Shown here one piece after another: positions 11,471-23,881 of a stretch of DNA of 64,000 nucleotides. Within the stretch, counting starts at the first letter, position 1. Every line of letters begins with the position of its first letter. Under the pieces are notes generated by a model, which did not search any database, was not told the origin of the DNA, and saw nothing but the letters and a program-made list of their open reading frames with translations. The stretch is taken from positions 249,997 to 313,996 of the forward strand of contig NMRA01000251.1 in assembly GCA_002633005.1 (NCBI GenBank), read 5' to 3'. Source of the DNA: Phoronis australis. Lineage: Eukaryota; Animalia; Phoronida. Position numbers and translations under genes: made by a program.

Positions 11471-14400
11471 AAGTTAGAAAAGAAGTAATGGTGCAGGAAA
11501 GGTAAAAGACCATCAGCATGGGAGATGTCGTTTCATATAAATATTATGAACAGATCTAAAATCATTATTCAAACAGTCCTATTTATTTGCTGATGCTTTA
11601 AAGTTGAAAACTGACCGATTGATAAAAATCATTAATTAAAACCATGTATCAAGCTATCGGCCACAGACAGACCTTCATACGGAAACTTGCATGTCTACTA
11701 TATGTCTAAGAAAAATGAAATATCTATAAAAATCCTACACAACACAACTATACGAGAGAGGAGAGAGCAACAGGCTCTCAGGAATAATGATACCCCGAGT
11801 CGTATAAAATAGACAACATCAAGCACACAAATCAGGAAGCAACTTGGTCTACAAAATATGATTGGCAGTAAAGGCCTAGCACCCTATCATTGTGTTCAAC
11901 GAATATCCTAGAGCTACTCAAAAGGACAAATATCATTTAAGCTGTCGATGTAAGGAAAAGATGGTCACAACTAGTTAGGAAATGCAATTAAGCCTAGGGT
12001 TCTGGTATCATGAAAATTTAGTCTAGAAAGTTCCATTGCTGGCACGAGGTCATCAGCACTATGCAACAAGTTATTATGTAATTACATAAGAGTGAAACCA
12101 CAGGCTGGCCCATTACCATGAAATCTGGGTCAATGAGCGCTGCAACTGAATTTGGGCTAGTGTGATCCCAGTGTGCTTTGGTGACAAAATTTTAGGAACT
12201 AGGTTAGGCACAGTTGCGTGCAATATAGGTTAACAAAATGAAAGGTTACAAGATTTTGAAATCGTAAATTAAAAATCTTGTGTTAAAATATGTCAGACAT
12301 TACCGGTAATCTGATATGATTTATACGCCTAACGGGCAGATGTAACCCACTAGTGTGAGTGACGCGTTTTCAAAAACTGGGCGCAGTGACATGGATACTG
12401 TTTAGGCCTACTAATAGCCCGGGTGTAGTGGATCCTGGGTTGCAGATGAAAACGACCCTACTTCCGCGGATAAGGACAACTGTTAGAGTGACTGGCTTAG
12501 ACCTAATTACACCGAAATGAACTAGTATATACGAAAATCGTAAAATTAAAAGAAACAGCTAGAGCCGGTCATGCCCTCGCTCTGGAGGCACTCGAGCGCA
12601 GATTTCGTATGACTAAGCTATACGCGCCTGGGCAGTGGACAACTTAGCAGGCATGTGAGACGTGATCTCATCGATCATAACGTCCGCCTATCTGCCACTA
12701 CAGTAGCCGACTATTCGAAAATCGTCTTGGTGGGAAATACCCGACCACGATGCTAGACGAAAAGAAAAGTTGACGCATTACCGTAACTTAAGCGCGGTTG
12801 GAATAGGTGTAAATTATGCCGAGAGAACGAAATGTGAAGTATTATGTGATAGCAATTGACACGAGTGTTTTAAAATGTTTAACACATTTTGTCGTTATTT
12901 TTATTTTATTAGTTTATTTTTCAATTATTATTTATTTAATTTGTAGGAAAGTTTTAGTGTACGTTTTAGTTTGTTTATTAGTTGTATTACATGTTGGTTT
13001 TTTAATTTTTTTTTTTTAAATTTTTTTTATTGATTTTTTTTCGTGCGTCTGTAAAGTATACATCTTTTTTAAGTGTTGTTCAGAAGGAAGTATGCCGATC
13101 AAAAGCGTAGATAAACATGGTAGGGTTAGGGCCGGTGACGAAGTACTTGAAAAGGCCTAACAAACAACATTTCCAAGGGTGAGTACAGTATCTCCGTATC
13201 TTTCATGGAAAGTCGAATAAAATGTCAACAGTGACATCCAAAGGTTTTTTTTTTTTTATTATTATTATTTATTATTATTATAATTATTTTTGACTTTTTT
13301 ATTATTATTTTTGTTATTATTTTTTATTATTATTACTTTTTGTTTTTTTATTATTACTTTTTATTATTGTTTTGTTTTACTTAGTACCTAAATTTCATTA
13401 CTATTATTTTACCCACCAAAGTGGTTGCGCGCTATATGAGGACACTTCCATGTGTTAGACGCGGCACTTTCGAGCTTTACCGCACCAGGCTTCAGGGCGA
13501 TATGGGATAGATTCCCATCTAGGTCTTAACCATTGTAAATCCCATCTGTTTACATCCATAATACCTCCAGTCCTGTTGGAATAGTACCAACTCCAGTGTT
13601 ATGTAATTCCAGTATCCGCCATGTACCCAAACCATAAGTACGTCTGGAGCCGAGGTCACACACTTGTCAAACCGCTGGCATTCAAGCTCGTTCTACATGG
13701 GTATCCAGACCCCAACTGTGCTTCACTCCTTGTTCAAGGCTTAAAATAGCTAGTGTCACGCACTATTGTCACGCGCTTCCCTCTGTCACGCGCTTCCCTC
13801 TGTCACGCGCTAGCCTTTGCCTAACGCGCGTGACTCAGTGGACATACTTTCGGTTATGGCGCGCGCGGTGAAAAAGTCAACGGGAACCAAAAAAGTGGAG
13901 TTGAAATTCTTCGGCAAAATCACCCCAATCTCATAACTAAGCTTCATCGAAGATATGTATAGAAGTAAAATAAATGAATCCATGAAGAAATGAACCGCTT
14001 TTTAAGTGATAGTTTTCAGTGTGGAATGTATTTTTGACGAGGTTAAACTCAAAATCAGTGGCCGGATTTGGCCAGACGAAATGGTACAGAAAGTGAGGAG
14101 AAGTATTCTAGCCCCCAACCGGCCAACCGAGGGGCTACGCGTTGACTAGCCCCTGTCCTACCAGCCCCGTTGATAACCTTTGTACCTCGCCGCCGGGTCT
14201 CATCCCCAAAGCAGACGGCGATTGTCACCCGACATCCCACTTATACCCAGGGAAGTGGTGAAATGGCGAGGAATTGGCTTGGGTTTGAGGGATCATTAAA
14301 ATCGAAAGAAATCGGCCGTTAGAAAAGCCATCTGTGGCTACAAATAATAAATAAGGGAAGTATCGTTTGTCCAGGACAATTAACGACGAACGGGAAGGAG

Positions 14401-15367
14401 TCTACTAGTTATAAACTTGTCTAATTAGGAAAACTTACGAGTGAATGTACTGTTGCTTGAGGCTGGGCCAACAGGAACCTGGAGAGAAAGAACAAACAGC
14501 GCAACCGTCGGACTTGGTAGGAACTAACCAGCAGTTGGATATGAAGCATGAAGGGCTCCATAATGGTATTTGCCCAAATAATAGGATTTATGTCAGAGTG
14601 CCATAAATCTCATTATATCCGAGCCATGGCATAGACAACGTACATGCACTGTAGCTGGTGTGACTTATTTTCATAGTAAGATAACAGCGCATGTTTTAAG
14701 TGCGCAATCTGCGCTTTTCTGTACCTTGACTCGAAATTGCCCAAGACTAAACGACATAAAGTCCACGCCACATCAACAATTATGACGAAAACGTTGTTGA
14801 CATTTTTCTGGAAGTCGATCAAGAATATTGCACGAGATGGTCAAACGACAATTTCGAACAAAATATGTCAGAGTAATTACATGTACATGAAAGCCCTGAA
14901 TCAAAGTCAGCATCCCGAATTACTTCTCTGCTAGTTGCAGCCTTTGCACTAAATGTATTTGACCTTGATAAAAGACAAGTCTTCATAGAGGCAGTGTTTT
15001 TTTCTGATATCAACCAAGGCCACATAACCAACCGATCATGCTCAATTAATTTTGGGTAATGGATTCATTCTTTAGGTGAAGACATTAGATTCTTCGCCGG
15101 GTGCCACAAGCGTACTGTTTTCAAAACGATGACTTACATGTACTTTTCTTTGTTACAAAAGGCTTATAATTATGTAAGAAAGTGTCGTTTATTAGATTGT
15201 TTCCCGTTAAAAGACTATAACAGGCAATGTGGGTGTCGATTGATTCCCAGATTTTGCATGCACCCCGCTAGTCTTAAGCTCTACATGTTGATACATGTTT
15301 CACGGCGAGGTGACGAGTAGAACTACACTGGCTGCGTGCAGTTTTGAGTTTTGTTGACGCTGAACAC

Positions 15368-15500
15368 CATGGGCGGCGCACCATAGAGGGCAGAGAGGCT
15401 ATAGCCCCCACTTTTTTCAGTGCTACGCCGCACATGGTCTATAGGCGGTGTACCACAAGGGGCTAAGGGGCCTTAACCCACAATTTCTTCAGTGCTGCGC
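15368..15500 (+). repeat. Short dispersed repeat family (other copies at ~20580-20732 inverted and ~31475-31617)
   Basis: Shared motif catgggcggcg..ccatagagggc.gag..gctatagccccc...ttcag; each copy is itself a dimer of this unit. Confidence 0.75.
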
Positions 15501-15822
15501 TGTATTTTTACGATAGTCTTCATACAGGTAGCAGGCTGGAAAGGAGTAGAGGCGTGTTTAATAACAATTTTGATATTTTGATCACCTGTTTACATGCAGA
15601 GATCGACGGATGTACAATCCAATCACAACTCCTGCATCAGTGATACGGCGAGGAGAATTAGTGAAATACCCCCCGTGATAGTTAAACTTACATAATATGT
15701 TACTGGGCACTATATGAAGGGCGTCCATTCTGTACCTAAATTTCCGCTCTTATGCAAACTGGGTTTCGATGTTACCTTGTTTCACCTTGGTTAATCGGTC
15801 TAACGTAAGGATTCTTTTCCAG

Positions 15823-15934
15823 GTTTATTGAGGAAGACGGTTGTGACGTCACAGTTCTTGCTCAACTGATGGTTCGAATGTACATAATGATGAACAAGGC
15901 TGCCACCCAAAAGCTTTCATATTATGTCTTTAAG
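15823..15934 (+). CDS. SE-cephalotoxin-like protein, exon 2
   Basis: ttttccag|G completes the Arg codon from exon 1; reads FIEEDGCDVTVLAQLMVRMYIMMNKAATQKLSYYVFK; donor gtaaag (phase 0). Confidence 0.85.
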
Positions 15935-16815
15935 GTAAAGTCATTTTATGGACAATTGGAGAGGGGCTGGACGAGACTCAACTGTCATGAGGTGTTGAAC
16001 AGTGCTCGACAACGAAATAATTAACGCTCAATCCAAAGATTAACGCCCAACCCCCCNNNNNNNNNNNNNNNNNNNNNNNNNNNNNNNNNNNNNNNNNNNN
16101 NNNNNNNNNNNNNNNNNNNNNNNNNNNCCCCCCCCCCCCCCCACACACACACGCAAGCCACACGCACGCACACACGTACGCACATACACACGTGTCCAAT
16201 GCACAGGAATGCGCAAACGCGAAAACATGCTGAATACATGTACAATACCTGTCATTTATTGATACTTTGAATAAGTCCACAGAACTCAAGTTGTGTTGAC
16301 TGTGTGTAGGACTAAGAAAATCGGTAACTCAAATCTATACATTAAAAGCTTATTCCCCATAACCACGGTATATGACTGGCACAATTTACGAAACTGACCT
16401 CTATGCTTTCCTGCCTGTGTGGCAGCGGTGGGTTTGTGTCGTGAAGGTGAAGTCAGCAAATGACTGACATGTACAGTACATGTATATGAGGCAGAAAAAT
16501 GACAGACGTTTAGACCAATTTGGTCTTTGACGATTTGCTTTGGCATTGGAAACCAATTTATTCCATAGTAGTGGAGTGTCAGCGCCATATTTTGTGTGAT
16601 TGAAAGGATTTGCTTAAAATTTGCATTGTATTCAAGAGAGCATGTACAATGTATGACGTAACACTTTTAGGGGCAGTGGGTTCCAACAGGCCGGATCCTG
16701 TGGTCCGCTGCACAAACATTGTTTAAGCTTATCTTGTTACAAAAGTATTCGAAACCTGTTCCGTGATGATCCTGTGTGCTCACTTTTCTTAAATCCACAA
16801 GTTTTTTTTTCTTAG

Positions 16816-17021
16816 GGAGAAGATAAAAGAGCCGAAGATGCATTTAGAGACATTCAAACCAAACTTTACGACGTGAGGAGGCAATTCGATCTAAGAGCGT
16901 GGAAATGCCAACGTGACTGCATTATGTATGCCAAGGAAGATGTGGGAAAAATCCTGATAACGGAATCTGGAAAGAAGGATGGCGATATTGTTCGGATGAT
17001 TTTCAACGTCTTTGAGACCAG
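16816..17021 (+). CDS. SE-cephalotoxin-like protein, exon 3
   Basis: tttttcttag acceptor; GEDKRAEDAFRDIQTKLYDVRRQFDLRAWKC...IFNVFET(R); donor gtattt (phase 2). In frame with ORF 16873. Confidence 0.85.
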
Positions 17022-17384
17022 GTATTTCCACCACTTATGCCTAACTTTAGAACACGTTTCCAGAGTGTTTAAGAAATTATCACGGGCAATTTACTAAACT
17101 GAGAGCGGGGCAAATGCTGGTTGTGGGTAGTGTTTCATCATGGAAAGCAAACGAGATCACATACCATGTATAGGTTTTCATGGATTTTTTACGGGTGGTT
17201 GTGATTTTTTTACACACTTTTCCTAATAGGTCAATGTAGAAAAGTGTGGTCTGAAATTGTTACGGAAATTGTAAAAGATTTGTCGACGACCGGCCCTAAC
17301 ACCGTTGCAAAATCTCAAAACCTCTCTCTAATACTTAAATTGTCATTTTTCTTCATCATGTGTTATGGTTTTGACTCACCAAAG

Positions 17385-19437
17385 GTATCCATGGTTTTCA
17401 TGGGCAGTAGCGTCAATCAAGCGGGACGAGACTCTAATGGCCTGGCGTGGAGAGACTTACTTCACGAAGGATTCTGGAGAAAAAAGAAGAATACTCGTTG
17501 CCTTCCAAGACTCAAGCTTAGACCTTAGTTGTGCTCAAATGAACGGACTCGACATGCTTTTGACCTTCAAACCCTGCGACGGATGCAACCATGAATTTTT
17601 TGTTGCTTCGAGTAATTTCCTCCTCTCCTCATCATGCGGTGTGCCTGGCTTAAAAGACTTGAAACTGCAGCTTCCAGACCGACAGTTGGCATTGTGGTTC
17701 TATGTCGGTAGTATGTCCAACAGCCAACTTGGCAAGTGTGCAATATCTAACCAATGTAACGGCCACGGTATGCGCAAGATTGTAAGATTTACATCAAAAG
17801 TCCAATGCCTATGCGCACATTTTTGGGAAGGAGCAAACTGCCAAGTCAACGCAAGCAAAGACCTGGACGAAACCATCGCAGATATGATATCAAACTTGCG
17901 ACTCAACTTCGGAAAAGTCAACAGGGTCCCATCGGTTGTAGACATCTATTTCAGCATACAAAATCTTACTCATAACCTCCAAATGCTATTTAACGAGATA
18001 AAAGCTAATTTTGACCACACGAAAAACATTATTAAACACAATGATATTATTTTCAAAGCCCAGAATGTTGTTCACATGTACTCCGATTTAAACCATGGCG
18101 TTTTGGATTTCAGTCAGTTTGGGCACAAATTAGATCTTTATTTAACCTCTGTAACAAACCAGTTTGAATTGCAACATGGAATTGAAAATATGATTCTTGC
18201 CAGAGGAATTTTGGACACAAATGGAAATGATATTTTTAACACCTTTAAACGTGACTATCAAGCTAAATATCGAAACTCAGCATGCAGGCAATCGTACAAT
18301 AACGCCGTGACGGCGTTTAAAATGAGTCTTTCGACTCTGGATCTTGCGCTAGGAGAGGCTCTTCTATTACATAAGAAATGGAAATTTTACGAGGCCTCGA
18401 GTCCTGTTGAAAAGGAAAAAGTTTTAAAAGAAACAACGTACTTGGGGCAGATATTGAAACCCAGGCAGGCTAAGTACTCCAGTTATTGGACGAGACAGAG
18501 CTGTGGTAGCATCGAAATACCTCGCAGTGGGATCAAGTGCAGTGATCAGCTTACCTATTCTGGCTTAAATATTTCTAACATCCTGTGTGAAGAAGGACGA
18601 ATTGCTAGGCCTTCAACACTCCACTGTGAATCGCAATCCCGCTCTGGTGGGGATTCAGCTCTTGCGTGGACAGCAAAACCTGAGTGTGTCATCAAGTATG
18701 AATGGCGCCCTTGGGGTAGCTGGGAAGGTTGTTCCGTCACTTGCGGCAGTGGCATGCAACAACGGCGACGAGACTGTCACAACAATAATGATGTGAGCTT
18801 ATGCAGGCAATACGCGGGTGGGATCGATTACCAGCAGAGACCATGCGTTACCAAAGATTGTTGCAGCAGTAGGTTCAGATGTCTTTCGTCTAATAAATGC
18901 ATCAGTAGGAGCTGGCTGTGCGATGGAGACAACGACTGCGGGAACTTCGAAGACGAGAGGTCGTGCTCCAACCACGTAAAAGACGATGACACGATTGCGA
19001 TCAAGAGCGTTGCAACATCTAACCGATGGATAGGCTGTTGGTATGGACCCTGCAAACTCCATAGTTGCCCAGGGTCATGGATGAGTGAATGGGACCATTG
19101 CACTGGGGAAGTGTTTAGAATCGAAAGGGAAACTCGTAGGACAGGAAGGTCTATCCACGACGGTGACCGGATTTCTTTGCTGTATCCGTTAACAGGAGAA
19201 TACTTGAACTGTAACGGAGGCTGCTATAGGCGCAAGTATGATAGCACAGCTGACCTCTGGATACACTCGTCAAGAAATGATGGAGGACCTATTAAACCAA
19301 GAGACCAGGTGGCGTTCCGCAGCAAAAGTCACAACGCTTGGTTGAGCTACGGCTCATCATGTCCTCAATCTAGCTTTACTGCTCAAATGGCTGCTCATTG
19401 CCCAGAGGCCATTTGGCAAATTGCCGTCAAGCGCTGA
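17385..19437 (+). CDS. SE-cephalotoxin-like protein, exon 4 (EGF, helical block, Sushi-like, TSP1, LDLa, beta-trefoil-like C-terminus); spliced protein ~1014 aa
   Basis: Phase-compatible acceptor gives TRYPWFSW. EGF CNGHG...CLCAHFWEGANC; TSP1 WRPWGSWEGCSVTCGSGMQQRRRDC; LDLa CSSRFRCLSSNKCISRSWLCDGDNDCGNFEDERSC. The EGF-Sushi-TSP1-LDLa order and ~1000-aa size match the Sepia SE-cephalotoxin family as recalled. AATAAA at ~19807. Confidence 0.9.
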
Positions 19438-21599
19438 TTTTTAACTGCTTGTTTTCTTTAGGAACAATTCTGTTACTGGTTCCTTGATGTAAACCACATG
19501 GCTGGTTAGGCCACGACTTTGCGGTCTGAAATATTATTTAACTTCTGATTAGAGAACGGTGCTGGTAACCTATAATAGCATATTGTCTCACAGGCAATGT
19601 GCATATCTACAGTGTATTCATATCTACAGTGTATATAGCACTGCAAAGGTTCATTTTACTTGTTATTGAGAATATACTTGGAATGCCGCTGTTCTTACTA
19701 CTGAAATCCAACGTTTTGTATTGTTGTAAGAATGTTGTTAACTGTGACTTGGACTGGAAATGAAGCAGTGCTGGTGACATTGTTATTTCATTGCTAAATG
19801 TAATTGAATAAAATGGCGATTTCATTACAATGCACGCGTTTGTGTGTGTGTGTGTGTCGACCTACATTGAGCTATTTTCCACCGAGATAGGGGAAGCACC
19901 TTGATCAACCGGCAGTCTTCTTAAAAGCTATCGTTCTTTGAACCTCTATGCATTAAGTAGCAGACTTCAGTTAATACGGAGTTAGTGCCAGTTAACTTCC
20001 TGCATGTAAAATCGTTTTGAGATGGTGCTTTTGTAATCCTCCAGTTAATTTGATTTTAAAACCATCTTTACGAATAATCATATTAGCAGCAATGGTAACG
20101 AAAGCATGCAATTAATCACTTGAAATTTCAGCCACACCTTCGTCAGTTTCCGCACGACGTTATCGTAAGCATATTCATTCACAGCACATCGCGTATTTTC
20201 GCAGGGCCAAATCTCCTGTCGAAGGTGAACGTTATATGGACACGTACAGTTTTCAGTCATTTGAAAGGTCATATGACTTTTAAACTGGACAACAATTGGC
20301 CATAGGACTGTAGTAAGCACATGAGCAGATAACGTTCACGTCACACGGAAAACCTGAAGCCACGAAAGAACCCGAAGTGTCCGGATATGATGATCATTTT
20401 TCATATACACATCCTGTCACGTCAACCAGACTATCTCCGATATTCTGTGATTTGCACGGACCTCCCTTTAACCATTTTGTCACCATCCTTGACAGCAAAA
20501 AATTCTGCTGTCTATTGCATTAGCTCTTGGTCAACGTACATCGGACATGTTACGACCAGCGCAGTTACTAAATACTATAACACGTGGGCGGCGCAGCAAT
20601 AAAAAAGTGGGGTTATAACCCCCAGCCTCCATGTGGTGCCAGGGCCCATAGACCATGATTGACGAACCACTGAAAAAAGTGGGGATGGGCTATAGCCCCC
20701 CTCCCCCAGCCCCCTATGGTGTGGCGCTCATGTATCAGAAGAGAGTCAAAATTCGATATCTCCTGTAATTTTCTTTAACAGCACATGTAAAAATGTTTAA
20801 GAACGCGCTCCTCGTCTCCTTCGTTTTGAATATTATCCCAAACTCCTCCAGTACAACCGTTACTTACCAAATACCAAACTGACTTCGTGTGTCGAATATG
20901 TTTTAATATAGAATCACATGCTCCTTTCAATTCCCGATTTCGTAATGGTGTTAAACACATATCGCCATCAAGGGATTGTTTATTTTCGGTATCTTCTCCC
21001 TTCATTTAATTGATTAGAGTGTAAAGTTTGTGATGAAACGGAATTGCCAATGTTAATTTTCGTGCTCGGTTGGTATGCACAAGATATTCATTGACATTCC
21101 TTTTGTAGTTACTTTTTAGTGAAATCTGATTTTCTGAAATATCTTTGCACTTCATTCATAGCACAGCAATTCGCTGCTATAAAACTGTTCACTCTAATTA
21201 TACATGTACATTGTATTACTGAAAATGGTTTAATGAATATTTTTAGGAGAACTAGAACATAGAAAGTGGCAAATTGAAAAATGCTGAGTTTCAGACATAA
21301 GTTATAGAGAAATTAAAGTGCAAGAACGATAGTAAAACGCAGGAATTTAGTATTGCGCCCCCGCTTCTCAATTGGTTAAATAAAATTTGTAAATATGACC
21401 GCATGACACTCTCAAAATAATTTATAGACATTGTCTCCTAAAAATTAGTAGTGTTGTGTATACGTTCAGAGACTTTGAAATTTTGCTCTGTTACTTACTT
21501 TACAGTAATAGTCGTGTGGTGCAAAAGACAAATCTCCGACTAAGTCTTTAAGTCACGTTCGCTTAACATCAATTAACTACTTGAAATCACATGCACACA

Positions 21600-21623
21600 C
21601 ACATATGTATATGTATGTGTGTG

Positions 21624-21670
<47 letters not shown>

Positions 21671-21703
21671 CTGTATGTATGTCTGTATGTATGTGTGTAT
21701 GTA

Positions 21704-21734
<31 letters not shown>

Positions 21735-21916
21735 CTGTATGTATGTATGTATGTCTGTATGTATGTATGTCTGTATGTATGTATGTCTGTATGTATGTAT
21801 GTCTGTATGTATGTATGTATGTATGTACCTATGTATGTATGTATGTATGTATGTATGTATGTATGTCTGTATGTATGTATGTATGTATGTATGTATGTAT
21901 GTATGTATGTATGTAT
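21600..21916. repeat. Compound (TG)n/(TATG)n microsatellite
   Basis: Seen directly. Confidence 0.97.
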
Positions 21917-21999
21917 CTATATATAAATCGTTTATTATCTTAAGCAAGAACCAAATCGTTTAGTTAAGATAGCTAATGTGATTATTTCCGAAGGATACA

Positions 22000-23480
22000 T
22001 ATGTGGTAACCGTAAAGCATATAAACCTGAATATCCACTGAGAACAATCATTTCTCAAGTACGGGGTTTCTAAAACGTTAAATATACTCACCAAACAGTA
22101 CTTACCATATAAGTGCAATGTCAAACCTCAGGGTGAGTTTTTAGATATATTGCGATCTATTGATGCAATACCAAATGCCTATCCAGCATATCCTCATGTT
22201 GAAAATCTATTCACTAACTTCCCTGTTGTCGAAACTGTAGAAATCATCATTTTTTTCGCTGTACATGTATCGTCATGCATCAATGGCTCTTCCTAATATT
22301 CCTTAAAATGTACTACGAGATTGGCTATTACTTAATAAGACTGAAAAATACCATTCAGAAATATTGACCACAAGCTGTATTTACAAACCAATGGTGTACA
22401 TGTGCCCATGGGATCACCTCTCGGACTAAGTTTTGCTGACTTTAACTTGTGTAACCGTGACACTCAGGTTCTTGGTACTCTTCCCGAGAAGGCTAACGTG
22501 TACTGCAGGAATATTGATGATATATTTATGAGCGTTAACAGCGATACGTTGATGTTGATCTAACTTTTTTGAACAACCTTCTGTATTAAATTTCTTGCAT
22601 GAGTTACCAGTCATCAACAAGCTTGCGTTCTTAGACGTACTTGTACCTGGAATTAAAACCTCTGTACATGTATGTAGGAAACCAAGATATGATGGGGTTT
22701 GTTTACATGAAACCAGCCAATGTCCTGTGAGATGATACAGTGTATAATGTAAGTGCTCTGTTCTGACGACCTTCTTAAAAAGAGTATATTCTGCATGCTC
22801 AGAAAGGAAGGCCTCTAGTGTAACATGTACATTGTAAGCGCATCAAGTAAATAATGATAAATAATGATTACAGTAATACGTTTATTGATGAGAATATGGA
22901 GCGTTTCATAAGCAGCTTACATGTACATAAGTCGGGTCGTTTATTACAAACGGGTGGTTGTTCAAAGAACCTATTCTACCGTAACAAATTTCATTTAAAT
23001 TATATTGAAGATGAACGAGTATTAAGACAAATCATCCACAATAATGTTAAGACTGCCAAACCTGGACCTTTCGTTCATTATATATTATCAAAACCATAAA
23101 ACCAAAGATCTTGTGGTTAAAAACAATATGTGCAAAAATAAGTTTGAATGTTTGCCAAAATTGACTTCATTTGTCAGTTCACTGGTTGTCACCATTAATA
23201 TATTCGCTCTAACACTGATAGTTCAAGATATGTTGGATATACTGTACAACTTGTGATTTGTCTCGCAGTCTATGCATCTGCAAAATGGTTCCATTAAGGA
23301 CGGCTTTCGCACACTCCACAAAAAGAAAATGACCCGTTCCGACATCCTCGATAATGCCATCTTGAGGATGGGATATCTTTCGTCTGAAAATTCTCGAAGC
23401 GCTAATTATAGTAAAAACTGAAACTCCTGACACCAATTTCCAAGATACTGGGTTTCATCTAACCTCGTCGTTATATGAAT
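22000..23480 (+). mobile_element. Degenerate Penelope-like element (RT and GIY-YIG endonuclease)
   Basis: Frameshifted motifs VENLFTNFPVVETVEII (~22198), LYLQTNG...MGSPLGLSFADF (~22375), YCRNIDDIF (~22500), YVGY (~23229), LKILEALII...P (~23385). Confidence 0.8.
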
Positions 23481-23881
23481 AATGTCCATATTTTGTAATA
23501 CCCATGTACTTTATTAATTTTTTCATTTTATAGTAGCTTAGTTCCCATAACAATTCCTTCTGAAATTGCGTTCTTTTAATCCCATACGCGTTGAATCAGT
23601 CGAGTGCAATACGACCATGTAATAATATTTCCCGTATTCACCTCCCGCACTACTTCAACAGTGACCTTTGACATGGAAATTTCAATACGTAGGTCAATAT
23701 CGACTCGACGTCGTTAGTCGGTTTGATCATCAAACTTTCCGAAAATAAGTTAAAGAAATACAATTGCAGCAGTGTAAATAACACTAAAAAATGCAATCAG
23801 GTCCCGATTGTAACATCTGGAACAAGACTGTTAATTATATGACAGTTCTGTCTCCATGATAGCAAGTAGAAGCATATACAT

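Noticed and set aside
13600-13650. VLMVWVHGG carboxylesterase-like motif on the minus strand
   Set aside because: Short frame bounded by stops, with no splice support or other esterase motifs.
21573-21963. Overlapping CVCMY/HTYI ORFs
   Set aside because: Translations of a microsatellite.
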